Positions 49,801 through 62,515 of a stretch of DNA of 64,000 nt are shown one piece after another. Source of the stretch: Eledone cirrhosa (Eukaryota); assembly GCA_964016885.1 (NCBI GenBank), contig OZ024748.1:30256001-30320000 (forward strand), in the 5' to 3' direction. Under the pieces are notes generated by a model, which saw only the letters and a program-made list of their open reading frames with translations, made no database searches and was not told the DNA's origin. Both the position numbers and the translations under genes were made by a program. The stretch's first letter is position 1. Each line of letters opens with the position of its first letter.

Positions 49801-50469
49801 TACCAGATTGTGCTGTATGATTCTGTGGTCGCACCCAGTTCATAGTGTTATTATCGAAGGAAGATGCATTTGTGTTGTGTGCCACATCCTGGTTGCTGAC
49901 TCCCCCCGAGTCATGGACGTTTTTTAATCTATTCTGATTTAAGGTTTCTATATTTTGTGCCAGGTTTCTAGTTGTGGAGTTGGACAATTTAATTGTGCTC
50001 ATCTAAGGCCCTGAAGAAAGAGGCCGCGAGGTTGCTGTGTAATCCAGCGCAGAAGTAGGGATTATACCATACAACATTACGTTACGGGAACGGGTTCACT
50101 TCCTGGTGTTAGCCCCAGTCCCGTTACTTGCTCTATCCAAGTATGCATTACGCAACTGCCGTGGGCGTGTGGAATGGTCTTGCCCCCAGTTCGCTGCTGC
50201 CCATTGGATTGCCCATGCCGATTAGAGCATCCTGAACCAAGTGGTCCCAGTTGGCAGTGAGGGAGGTAGCTCGTACTGTCCACATTCCCCCTGGGCCTGC
50301 ATAGGGGTTGCACGGTCTTGCCCCACTTATTATGCTGGCTTTCTCGTTTTCCATGGTAGGTGAAGTCTATGTGTGAGTGTGTTTATGTGTGTGCATGTGG
50401 GAGTGTGTGTGTGTGTATTGAACAATGAAAACAAAACAAAAGTCATAGGTAGATAGTTAATTAGTTCGT

Positions 50470-50601
50470 TGTTTTACAAGTGTTTCAGAGGGTAGATTGA
50501 TCATGGAAGATTGATATATTGACTAGCATGGTAGAGGTTACATTGCTACCTGTTTCTAGTCTTGAAATCCTTGATTGATCAAACTGTCTTCTTCAGAAAC
50601 A
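50470..50601 (-). ncRNA. Minimal type I hammerhead ribozyme
   Basis: UGUUU-CUGAAGA-AGA...UCU-GAAA-CACUUG-UA-AAACA. Confidence 0.65.
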
Positions 50602-50732
50602 CTGAACTATGATTTTATTTGCTATATATAAGGAGGCTGGAATACGTTGGGTGTGCCTGGGAAAAAATAGAAAAACAATAATGCATAGAGTGGTGGAAGT
50701 AGAAACTATATAAAGATAAATAATAATAATAA

Positions 50733-51118
50733 TTGTTTCTACGTTAGGCACAAGGCCAGCAATTACCCAGTGTATTACTGGTACTTTATTTTATCGACCC
50801 CGTAAGGATGAAAGGCAAAGTTAACCTTGGCGGGATTTGAACTCAGAATGGCAAGGGCTGTAACTCTATGCGTCAAAGCATGGCGCCCGACCCTCTACCG
50901 ATACTGCCAATCCACCACCTTAATAATAATAATAATAATAATAATAATTGTTTCTACTTTTGGCACAAGGCCAGCATTATTGGTACTTTATTTTATCGAC
51001 CCCGTAAGGATGAAAGGCTAAGTCAACCTTGGCGGGATTTGAATTCAGACCGTAAAGGGACGCAACTACGCTGGAAAGCATGGCGTCCGACTCTCTACCG
51101 ATACTGCCAATCCACCAA
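50733..51118 (-). mobile_element. Two Nin-type SINEs separated by (AAT)n
   Basis: Reverse complement of the 31783 and 41008 copies. Confidence 0.85.
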
Positions 51119-51249
51119 TAATCATTTCTTTATTATTGGCCACAAGGGCTGAACACAGAGAACAATACAAAAACAGTGGAGATTTACATGCAATCAAGTA
51201 AAAAAAATTAACAAATCAAATAAACAAAATAAAAATATGAACAATAGAA

Positions 51250-52720
51250 TTCCCCAATGGAGGGGGGGGGGGGGGGGCACCACCCAGAGGTGATGTTAGG
51301 AACCCCACAAATCCCAACCCACCCTCATCTCGAAGAGCACCCTAGCAGGGCGCTCCTCTCTCCCTCCATCTTTCCAACCTACAGGTACATGCTCAGAGTG
51401 GGTTTATTCACACGGGCCATTCTCGCAACAATCACCCACCTTTTAAAAAATCTTCTTAGGAGCAGCATTTCTCTTGCCACCCTTATCTTCCTTTCCAAGT
51501 GGAACTTGAAAAAGTTGATGAGGGTTTGACCAAAGAGAAAAGTGTCTGTCTTCAGTCCATTCAACCTGGTTCACCATACAATCTCTTTCGCTTCAGCTAT
51601 CAGACAGGAAAACTGCCTGCTCTTTCCGGTCAAAAGAAGGTGGTGGGGCGATCTCACTATGGACTCGGTCAATAACCGGATCCATCCCATATGCGATAAC
51701 AACTGTTCGACATAACTCCAATACACGGGCACTGGACGAGTGTGCGCAAAACAGTTTTGTTGCTCTGCACGTATCTCGGACAGCGCTGTTTGACAGCACT
51801 ACTATGCCTTTAGAGTTTATCATGAACCAGCAGGGCTCCCCGGTAGCACTGCCAAACAAGGGATTTCTGGAAATTGTCCTCCAGAAAAGACTGATTAATT
51901 CATTCTCGTTGATGCCTAGATTCTCTCTGAGAGCGTTATTGCACTTGTCCACCACTAAACCGCTATAGAACTTGAGAGAGGAAGTTCCACTGACTGCATT
52001 GCCTGCCTAGTAGAGAGCAGTGAGCGCTTGGCAGCATTTCAGAAGCTAGGTGCCCAGTCTCAGTCTCTTCTTGATCCAGGACTGCAGCTCCGTCAAAGAG
52101 ATGAGTTGCAGAAAGGCCTGTCTCACAAACGTGACCACACCCGTTCACAGCCTCAGCACATGTTTGCACATCATTGGCCATGACATGCCCAGTCCTCTGC
52201 ATAGAGGGTGCTGGTAGCAGATGGACCTCCGCTACGCGTGCCCATCAAACAGCTTTGGTTTCCTTGTTTCTTAGAGCCCGTGCCTTAACTCTGACAATGC
52301 AGCCTTCATGCTTTGCATTAAAGAAATGGTCTAATGCCATTCTCACTACTAGCATGTCAGTTGCAATGCCACTACAAATAGCTTCATCTAATTTAGCTAC
52401 CAGCTCTCCCTCTTTTCTATCTAACGCTACTTCTTTGCCAAAACCTATCGACATTGCTCTAATCTCTCTTTGAGATCCCCCCACCACCCATTGTTGATGA
52501 TCCCCCTGTCAATTTTTGCTTTATTAATTTGTTGACCCAGTTTCTGTAAGACTTACATGCCGGAAACGTGTTCAGCTTCCTGTAACCAGGTCCTAACCTG
52601 CTTGTTTTATCTAGGTTGACCTTACAGATCACAAACTTGTAATCTGAATAGGCGACCATTTTAAAAAGTGGACAGCCTACACTATTCCTATTTATTGTCC
52701 TAATGAGAATCCTATCTATA
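51250..52720 (-). mobile_element. Degenerate L1/Tx1-like non-LTR fragment
   Basis: SDYKFV...GPGYRKLNT (SDH..GPGYWKLN-like), EGCIVRVKAR; internal deletion. Confidence 0.55.
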
Positions 52721-53138
52721 TACCCCTTGCTAGCGTGTTATGTATATATAAAAGATGATGATGATATCCTTTGTTTAATAGATATTTGTTATCTGGAAGA
52801 TCTTTAACCAGGAAAGAGTCATTGCCTCTAATTCACAATGTATTTTAACAATACCTCTAGAAAGCTGCCTGAAATTCAAGAAAACACTTGGTATTTATCA
52901 ATTATTTTTCTAACTAGCTTCCATATTTTAATAAATCTTTTTATGAAAATGTCTTGCCCCCAATTACCTAACCTTGCATTTGTTTCATTTCAAGCAATCT
53001 TACCTCCACTGGCTATCACATTCATCACCTGAACTATTTTAGCAGGTTTTCCACTTCTCTCAAAATCAGTTGATTTCTATATATGGAATCAAGGTCTTGT
53101 CTTCTTTCCTACATACTTTCCTACATACGGCACATGTG

Positions 53139-53176
<38 letters not shown>

Positions 53177-54257
53177 AGTCCCGAGTTCAATCGGGGGTAA
53201 TCACAGTAAGTAAGGTACTTACTGATGATTTCCTTTGAATTAAACAGTTCCAGTCCTGTAGAAACCATTTCTATATTGATTTCTATATTCTATATATGTA
53301 TATATATTGAGTATTGAATGTTCAACTTTGTATTATTAGTCAGCCTTTACATGCGTATATATATATGTTTATATGCATATAACTTGATATATTTATATAC
53401 ATTTATACAACATACTGGTTGAATTCTATTTTGGTGGGAATTCCAGAGTTTAAATCAAGCACCATATAATGTGTTTTTCTCACACCAGTCTTCCTCTGTT
53501 TTCATTAGAGGCCAAGTGTCATGTTAGCATAGAACTGCTAGATTCATTATTGAGGTGGTACACGGTACAATATTTGGAAGTAATATATTAGGTTAAAGCT
53601 TGAAATAGCAGGAAGAGGGCCTTAATGTTTCGGACGCTAGTTCTTCATCAGAAGAAGAATGAGAAATAAGATAGATTGAAGGGGCAGGCGGGGTGGAATA
53701 TATATACGTACATATATACGTACATATATATATACATATGTATATATATATATATATAAGACTTGCCACATTACCTGTGCCTTGCTGCCTTTCACACCTT
53801 TTTTTTTTGTAAGAAAATGATGATTGATTTTAAATCAGTGATATAATTATGGAGAAAAACTCTGCATTTCAATATTACTCAATGTAAAATGTAATGCATG
53901 AAAAATTGGAAAACATTATTTTTTGTAATATATCAAATCAAAATTACATTATTAAATCTTATTCTTATTTTGTTTCTTGTAAATAATTTTTTTCAAAATA
54001 TGAATTCAAAACTTTTGTGAATTGGCATCATATCTTATCATTTATATGGTTTAAATTTCATATAAATCGAAGGGAAAACATTTTCAGCGGGGGTTTGTGC
54101 CCCCGGGGAACCCTTTGATTGAAATGAAATATACTTATCCAAGTACCCTGGGCAATGTAGTTTCAGAATATATATGGTTATGGGGGTTTATCTCCAAAAC
54201 CATAGGAGGAGTTTGTGAACAAACAAACAAACAAACAGACAGGAACTACAACTTTAA

Positions 54258-54478
54258 CCCTTTAGTATTCACATTACTCTATATATTCTATTATATTTTC
54301 ATGGTAAAGGCTTTACCTCGCATAATTATCTCACATAATATCGAATCTATGAGATTTTTTAAAGTATTTGTTTTGAGAACAATACCTTAACATCAGTTTG
54401 AGCGACCAGTTACAGCCAGTTTCAACAGAAAGAGGTAGAGAATTCTGGCCAGTTTTGGCCGGTTTGAACATTAAAGGG
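54258..54478. mobile_element. piggyBac-like MITE
   Basis: TTAA|CCCTTTAGTATTCA...TGAACATTAAAGGG|TTAT; 12/14 TIR match. Confidence 0.7.
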
Positions 54479-54489
54479 TTATATATATA

Positions 54490-54868
54490 GGTACAGAGCT
54501 TAGTGTTGTTTTAAAAAAATAGCTTTATTTACAAACACCAGAGAATTTGAAAATTAGATAGTGAAATAGAGTTTCCACCATATTTTTGACTAAGTAAATT
54601 AGGCTAATAGTTGGAGTTATAAAAACCCCCAGATTGGAAAAAGGGATGAGTATTGATGTACATGGGACACGAACCCACATCTTTGGCTATCCTGACCACT
54701 GTGTTACCCTTACACCAATACGTCACCCATCAAATTTCCAATCAATTTGAAGCTACATAATCATAGCGTATGAATACATATATAGTCAAAAATATGGCGG
54801 AAGCTCTATTTCACTATCTAATTTTCAAATTCTCCACTGTTTGTAAACAAAGCTAAGCTCTGTATCTT
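54490..54868. repeat. ~95-bp imperfect inverted repeat
   Basis: 54515-54592 is the reverse complement of 54783-54855. Confidence 0.7.
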
Positions 54869-54933
54869 ATATATGTATTCATACGTTGTTCATCCGGGGT
54901 TTTATTATAATAAATAAGAGAGACAGTTTTATT

Positions 54934-54988
54934 TGTTATACGTATTTCGAAGATGTATAATAACTCCCTTACATGTTCTCTTCAGACA
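54934..54988 (-). ncRNA. Minimal hammerhead; decayed inverted partner at 55070-55135 (+)
   Basis: UGU-CUGAAGA-GAACAUGUA...UACAUCUUC-GAAA-UACGUA-UA-ACA. Confidence 0.7.
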
Positions 54989-55194
54989 CATATGTGTACT
55001 GGTCGGCAAAGTGAATAACACGTCCAACTGGTAACTTATCAATGGAAAATTACATCTCGTTTGTATGTTTGCCTGAAGAGAACGTGTAAGGGAGTTATTA
55101 TATAACTACGCTACATCTTCGCAATATGTATAATGAATAAAATAGGGATGCACGAAGTTCAAGAAACTGGGAATGGATGATCTTACACGTGGTT

Positions 55195-56724
55195 CTAGAG
55201 AAGAAATTCCAAACATGGAAGCAGGGCCTAGAAACAAGGAGTCATAAAGTCAACTTGACAAAGACTAAGATCCTAGGGGACACCCCATGCTACCTGGGAG
55301 ACCAAATTAGCAGTGAAGGTGGGTATTCTGAAAGTACAGTAGCCAGAGTAAGAATGGGATGGAAGAAGTTCAGGGAGTCACTACCACTGCTAACTACAAA
55401 AGGCATTTCCCTCAAAAGGAAAGGTAGACTGTATGATGCATGCCTACGAACAGCTATGCTGCATGGTAGTGAGATCTGGGCATTGTGTACAGAAGACTTG
55501 TGTAGATTAGAAAGAAATGCTGCTTGCATGCTCCAATGGATGTGTAACAGTAATATATGTGAATGGCAAAGCATAAATGAACTGAGAGAGAGACTAAGCA
55601 TAAGAGAAATTGGATGCAGTGTGCAGGAGAGCAGATTGTGTTAGTATAGACATGTGATGCATATGAAGGATGACAGCAGTATAAAAAGGTGCAGAATAAT
55701 CAAAGTCGATGGAAGCCTTGGAGTGGGGAGACCCGGAAAGACTTTGGATGAGGTGATAAAAGCTGACCTTGCTCAATTGCACCTCTAAATTCCGGTTGTG
55801 GAAACAGCAGTTGGAATCAAGAGGACTGAGAGTGAGCCTAGCAAAGACTAAAGTGTTGATAAGTAGCAAAGAGGAAAAAACTCTGATTCCATCATGGAAA
55901 TGGCCATGCTCGATATGTAGAAAAGGAACTGGCATAAGCTCTATGAATGTACAGAATGCAGATCTTGGGTACACAAGAGGTGTAGTGGGATAGCAGGCAA
56001 ATTAACAGGAAAGGAAAACTTCATATGTAGTAGATGTTCAGGGAAAATTGATAGAAGTGTAAGTGATAGGCACATTTTTTAAACGCAGGTAGGATCTATA
56101 GAGGTGGTTGATAGCTTCTAATATGTAGGTGATCAGATTAGCAAGGGAGGAGGATGCTCCAAAGCCATAGTATCTAGAATAAGGATGGGTTGGAAGAAGC
56201 CTAGGGAGCTGCTTCCTCTGTTGACAAAGAAGGGTTTCTCCCTATGAACGAAAGGCCAGTTATACGATGCCTGTGTGAGATGTGCGATGCTGCATGGTAG
56301 TGAGACATGGGTAGCAACTGCGGAGGATATGCGAAGGCTGGAGAGAAATGAAGCAAGTATGCTCCGATGGATGTGCAATGTCAATGTGCATGAATGACCA
56401 ACCATGGACAAGTTGAGAGGGAAACTGTGTATAAGAGGAATAAACTGTAGTGTGGGGGAGAGAAGAATGTGTTGGTATGGACATGTGATGTGCATGGAAT
56501 ATGACCACTGGGTGAAGAAGTGCTAAGAAATTCCGGTGGAAGAAGACGCAGTAGAGAATGACCACGAAAAATATGGGTGGGGGTGGTGAGAGCTGATCTC
56601 TGATCGCTGAAGCTCACAGAGGAGATGACGAAGGACTGTGACGAATGGAGAGATGCTGTGCTGAAGAGGATCCGCCCCACCCTTGCAAGAGGGGAAAAGC
56701 AGACGTAAAATGATGATGATGATG
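55195..56724 (+). mobile_element. Two abutting degenerate RTE 3' fragments from different subfamilies (junction near 55787)
   Basis: Repeated KFQTWK/KFRLWK...LHGSE motifs; (ATG)n tail. Confidence 0.85.
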
Positions 56725-56974
56725 ATATACAAATATAAGGAATCAAAACATATATACATAAATCTTTTACATTTGATTTATTGTTGCTCTGGATAAAGTC
56801 TATTAAGCTAGTTTATATTGAGAAGCACAAAATTCCTCACATTTGTATACAACAGCTCCAAAACTCTTAACTTGTTGAGTTGAGGTGACTATAATTTCCA
56901 CACCTCTCTCTATCGGAATTAACATCCACTTTTGTTGATATCTCTTGCCTTGGGTTTAACATAATCACACCGAG

Positions 56975-58337
56975 AGGCGATGGATGAGGTTTGTGGCTGG
57001 AGTAAGACCTCAAGCAGGAGGAGAGTGACTTGGTGGTGGAACAATAAGGTAGATGAAGCAGTTAAGGCCAAGAGACAGGCATGGAAAGAATGGAAGAACG
57101 GGGGGAGCAGGGTACATTACATAGAGACCAAGAGGGAAGCTAGGCGACAAGTATACTTAGCTAGGAGGGAAGCAGAGGATAGAAAATTCAAGCATGTTTT
57201 GCAACGTGAGGACCAGAAACAGGAGGTATTCAAGATTGCGAGGCAGTGTGTCAGAGATAGTTGTGATGTCATTGGAGAGAAGTGTATCCGGAATGATAAA
57301 GGTGAGCTTGCCCTCACAAGTGCTGAGAAGAAAGATACATGGAAGAGTCATTATGATAGATTACTAAATGAGGAGAATGCATGGGAAGAAGAGACCCTAC
57401 CCCAAGTAGACCCTATAGAGGGGCCAGCAGTACAAGTCAGCAGCAACGTAGTAAGTAAGGCAATCAAAGATATGAAGATGGGGAAGGCAACCGGTTCATC
57501 GGGTATAGCTGCCGAGATGCTGAAGGCATCTGGGTCTGTAGGTCACACTATAACCACACGTATTGTTAACCAGGTAATACTAGAAGGTGTCATACCAAAA
57601 GATTGGTGCAGTAGCATCATTGTCAACTGCTACAAAGGTAAAGGCGATGCACTAGATAGAGGAAACTATAGAGGTATAAAGTTGATGGACCAGGTCATGA
57701 AAGTAACAGAAAGAGTTATAGCACAGTTGATTAGGGACCGGGTGAAAATAGACGAGATGCAATTTGGGTTTGTACCAGGAAGAGGCACCACTGATGCCCT
57801 CTTCCTTGTGAGGCAGTTACAGGAAAAATACCTAGCTAAAAGTAAGCCACTCTACTTGGCATTTGTCAACCTTGAGAAAGCCTTTGACAGAGTTCCATGT
57901 GCTGTAATCTGGTGGGCTCTTAGAAAACTAGGAGTAGATGAATGGCTTGTGAAAGCGGTACAAGCCATGTATAGGGGAGCAGTCAGCAAAGTTAGGATTA
58001 GCAATGAGTATAGCGAGGAATTTAGCGTACAGGTTGGGGTCCACCAGGGCTCTGTTCTTAGCCCCTCCTGTTCATCATAGTCCTACAGGCAATAACGGAG
58101 GAGTTTAAGACCGGATGCTCATGGGAACTCCTGTATGCTGATGACCTCACACTCATAGCTGAATCTATGGTAGAACTAGAGAATAAATTCCAAACTTGGA
58201 AGCAGGGACTAGAAAGAAAGGGTCTCAAAGTCAACATGACAAAGACTAAGGTCCTTGTAAGTAGACGAGAAAACAGAACCCAGATCCCCTCAGGGAAATG
58301 GCCTTGCTCAGTATGTAGGAAAGGTGTAGGTAGGAAC
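56975..58337 (+). mobile_element. RTE LINE, left part (split by LTR element)
   Basis: TWWWN, NYRGIKL, LEKAFDRV, YADD; ends at GVGRN. Confidence 0.95.
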
Positions 58338-58631
58338 TGTGGTTAGAAAAAGCTATCTCACTTACCGCTTTTCACAGGCGCCGCTAAATTCCACTGCAGG
58401 TACTCCTCTTCCACGTGCGTCCGACTGCTTAACACCGGGAGCTGCCCAAAACTCGCGTCCACACCGTGTGCTGGTCACCACTAGAGAGAGGCCCTCTCCT
58501 GGCCCTTCCGGTCGAGCATCCTTCCGGCCAAAGACCCCTTCCGGTCGAGCACTCAAAAACCCCTTCCGGTCGAGCACTCCCCCCGCCTCCGGCCACCGCA
58601 CGCCACACCATACCCACACGCCCCCCTGATC

Positions 58632-61508
58632 TCAAGGATCAATTTCCCCCTCGTCCCTCTGCATATGAAAGTCTGCCGTCCAGGTCGGTGGTCTACGACT
58701 TTGTTGCGATCTTCGTAGTATTGGGGCAGAGCTCTGGGTTTCCACCTCATCTTGGGTTTCCTCTTCCTCGGAGTCCGTCGACACAGTGATTCTTCTTACA
58801 TCCAGGACATGACGTGGTACCCCGTCCACGGACACATTGTTCTTTGAATTTACGGCCGTCACCGTTCCCCTTCCCCATTGAGATGTGCAACGTGCATCTG
58901 GGGGTTTAACCCAGACTTCTTCGCCCACCTGCACGAATGCACTCTCTCTCCCCACTGGCCGTTGTGGTGGCGTGCACGGGTGCCGCCACTCGTATTTGAA
59001 TACTGCTCTATGTGGCACCGATTCCTCGACCTGTCCAACCCGAGGGGACATATTGTACCAGAAGACTGCCTCCATTGGTGAGATATGGCCCCGCTCCGCC
59101 ATTGCCTTGATCGTCCGGTGGTGTCGCTCCACGATTCCATTCCCGCTCGGCCTGTGCGCCGCTCTGAAGAAACGGTCCACCTTCCATCCATCGAGCATCT
59201 CCCTCAGTGCCTCCGAGCGGAACGCTGCGCTGTTGTCCATCAGCAGTTCATCCACAGGGCCCCGCTCCAAGAACACCTCTCTCAACGTCCGCACGATTTC
59301 CTCGGCCGTTCCAGTCTTCATCTCCCTCCATATCACCATTCGACCTGGTCCACAGTCGACCATCGAGAGGTACGTTCCCTGCCGATAGTACGTCACATCC
59401 ACCGCTAATCGCTTCCAGTCGCGATCCACCGGGAGGCTTCCCGTTTCGTGTACACCCGGGGCGGGATCAATGGACTGACATCGGACGCAGCCTCTAACCA
59501 CCCCCCGAACACTGTGTCTGCTAACGTCCGAGTCGATTCTCTTGGCTAGGAACAGGCTCCTATCCACCCCCATGTGGTGCATGTCATGCAACCCCTTCAG
59601 GTCTAACTCGGTCAGCCGACACACGGCAGCTATCTCATCCTCTACCTCCTCCAGCGCTTCCATCCAGGCTTTCTTCACTCTAGTTAAGATGTCCACCCTA
59701 TTTTTCTCTGAGGGCACGAACACTACCCTCAGCTTCAGGTCGAACTCGGTGGCCAGCTCTCCTAACGTTCCCAGGCGGCGCTTTATCAGCATCTCCGCCG
59801 CGCCTCTCGTTCGCACTCTCTTCTCACTGGTGAGCACTGATCTTACCCATCCGAGTACAGTAGCCGAGTCGGTGCATATCTCGATGGTGCGCAGCCCCCA
59901 CCGCAGGGTGGGGTTCACCCCTCTCAACACCGCGTCCAGCTCGGCCACATTGATGTGGCTGCAGTCGTCCTTCTTTCTAAGCCAGGCTGCATCCTCGACC
60001 TCAACACCTATCTCCAACGGTGACACCCAGCGCTATGCTGCTGGCATCGCACCATACGGTCCCACTCCGTGATTTGGGAACGTACCAGCGTCCCCGCACT
60101 GGGTCGTCGGCCTTCACCCTCCCCACGATCTCCTGCATCATGGCCACCGTTCTCTCTCCTGCTCTGTCACTCCAAGTCACCCCTCCCGCTCGTCTCTTGA
60201 CATAGCTGCATGCCGTCCGGAGCCACCCAGCGATTGGGTAGTGACCCACCAGCTTTCCACACACCGAGAAAAGCTCCCGCCTATTCATACTTGGGCCCAG
60301 TTCCGGAACTTCGTTTCCCCTCTGGAACACCAAAACGCCCGTCTTATCTCGCCGTAGCCAAAGTCCCAGCGCGGCTCCTCCCTCCAATGCTTCTGATGGC
60401 TTCGCAGTCAGTCCATACCTCCGCAAATGGCTCGTGACCTCCGCCGTCGACAGCACCGACTCGTCCACTAGGATGTCGTCAATATAGGAGTTAGTAGCCC
60501 TCTTTATCTTGTCGGCCCTCCCCAGAGCAGTCTTGAGGACCGCCACCATGATCTTCGGTGTGGAGCTCAGCCCGAAACCGAGCCTGGTCAGGCAATATGT
60601 CCGGCCCTTATACCTGACCAGCTGATACCGCCAGAGCTTCTCATCTATATGCAACTGCAAGTAAGCCGACTTTAGATCCACGATCGCTGAACCCCCCGTC
60701 ATGCGTCTCCACTCACGCAGGGTTTCCCCACAGACATCCGTGACCTCGCCACCCGTGTGGCATGACACGTGCTCGTTCAGCTCTCGATAGTCCAGCACCG
60801 GCCTCACCTTGCCCTTCGTGGGTTGCACCACCGCCATCAACGGCAATACTCCGCACTTCACCTCCTCCTTCCAGGGAAGCAGTATGCCCTCTTCGATCCA
60901 TCTCTCTACTTCTCGCTCGAACTCGCTCCTAGCGTTTCCCTTCAATGTGTGTTGATAGCAGCCCACTTTAGTCTTCAGTGTTGGTGGTTCTCCCTTCCAG
61001 TACCACTCAACAACCCATCGCTGCCCATCAAACACGGCCTTGAAGTCTTTGTCCTGTACAGTGTAAGCGGGGTATTCCTCCTCGTGGGCCTTCTGGTTCT
61101 CATGACGTGCACTCACAGCACATACTGATGCAGCGGCGACAAACGACACACCGACATTGTTCACCGTGACGCCCCCTAGACGGCCAATCGCGTCCATGCC
61201 CATAACCACACCGATCCCATCCACCACACTGTCTACCACGATGGCGGAAAGCCTTATCGTCCTTCCCCGTACCGCTATTTCCATCTCGCTGCGACCTCGG
61301 CATTCCTGCCGTCGACTGCCCTTACGCTGCTCTTCCCTCCCCACCTCTGCGCCACCCCCGCGGTCACCAGTGTCGTCGTACAGCCCGTATCCACGAGGGC
61401 TCGCTGTGGCTTCCCCCTCACGAAGACTTCCACCACGGGCAGCGCCGCTACTCGTAAGGGGCAACTACCGGCGCAGTAGTTCCCCTTGGATCGTTTTCCT
61501 GGTCGCAT
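58632..61508 (-). pseudogene. pol (PR-RT-RH-IN) of the LTR element, with frameshifts
   Basis: ORFs 61275-61508, 60001-61464 and 58632-60026. Confidence 0.85.
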
Positions 61509-62195
61509 TTAGTAGCGATGTGGCCTGGTCGCTTACACCGGTAGCAAATTATCTCCGGCTTCGACTCTCTACAGTCTCTAGCCATATGCGGGCCCTGGCA
61601 CCTAAAACAGCGCCCCCTAAATTCGTCCCGAGGTTGCCTCCCTTTGACCATTTCGCTGCCAGGTGTCCTGAGCCTCCGTAGTCGCTATCGCCGCAACACT
61701 CTTTTTGGCATCTTCCGCTATGATCCGGGCTTGTTCCACCAGTGAACGCATTTCCATCTCTTTATAACCCGGGACTTGCTGCAGTTTCACCGCTATGTCG
61801 TCCGGAAATCCATTGATGAACGGCAACCGCACCGTGCGTTCGCATTCCGCCTGGTAACCGGCCAACATAGCCAACCGCCTTATTTCCGCTGCGAAAATGT
61901 CGACGCGCTCACCATTCCACCTGATTCTCGCCAGCTTAGCAAAAGCCGCCAACGGTCCCTCGGCGAATGCATCCATCAGACGCCTCTCAATCTTCTGCAC
62001 ATCTCTTTGGCTGTGCTCGTCCAACTCAAGGAAGAGTACCAGCGCGTCGCCCTCGAGGTACAATGCCATGAAACCGGCCACGTCTTCTATCTTCTGCAAG
62101 CCTGCGACCAGCCGAACCTTCCGCGGCAAAGTGACAACATCACCTTCCCCGGTGAATGGCCTGATAGCTTCGTTCATCCGTAGTCTTGTCGCCAT
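61448..62195 (-). pseudogene. gag with two zinc knuckles, one frameshift
   Basis: CFRCQGPHMARDC and CYRCKRPGHIATKC. Confidence 0.85.
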
Positions 62196-62247
62196 CTTCT
62201 GATTTGTTTTGCGGCAAGTGTTTTCTTTTTTTTTTTTTTTTTCAGTC

Positions 62248-62259
62248 GCCGAAATAGCT
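62248..62259 (-). promoter_or_regulatory. Atypical PBS complementary to tRNA-Phe nt 1-12
   Basis: Element sense AGCTATTTCGGC abuts the 5' LTR; complement GCCGAAATAGCT is the 5' end of metazoan tRNA-Phe(GAA) as recalled. Confidence 0.7.
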
Positions 62260-62515
62260 TGTGGTTAGAAAAAGCTATCTCACTTACCGCTTTTCACAGG
62301 CGCCGCTAAATTCCACTGCAGGTACTCCTCTTCCACGTGCGTCCGACTGCTTAACACCGGGAGCTGCCCAAAACTCGCGTCCACACCGTGTGCTGGTCAC
62401 CACTAGAGAGAGGCCTTCTCCTGGCCCTTCCGGTCGAGCATCCTTCCGGCCAAAGACCACTTCCGGTCGAGCACTCCCCCCGCCTCCGGCCACCGCACGC
62501 CACACCATACCCACA

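Larger units (their letters stand above)
58338..62515 (-). mobile_element. Compact young LTR retrotransposon (Gypsy-type domain order)
   Basis: LTRs 58338-58618 and 62260-62515 (2 substitutions + 25-bp indel); TSD GGAAC; PPT AGGGGGGCG; two CCHC knuckles, LVDTG, YIDD, WCDAS, HINVAEL, integrase D..D..E. Confidence 0.95.

Noticed and set aside
53610-53660. Additional hammerhead-like cores here and at 46393-46485 and 53215-53270
   Set aside because: CUGANGA and GAAA present but stem I or stem III pairing unconvincing
58339-58629. ORFs within the LTRs (also 62261-62587)
   Set aside because: Chance open frames in GC-rich LTR sequence
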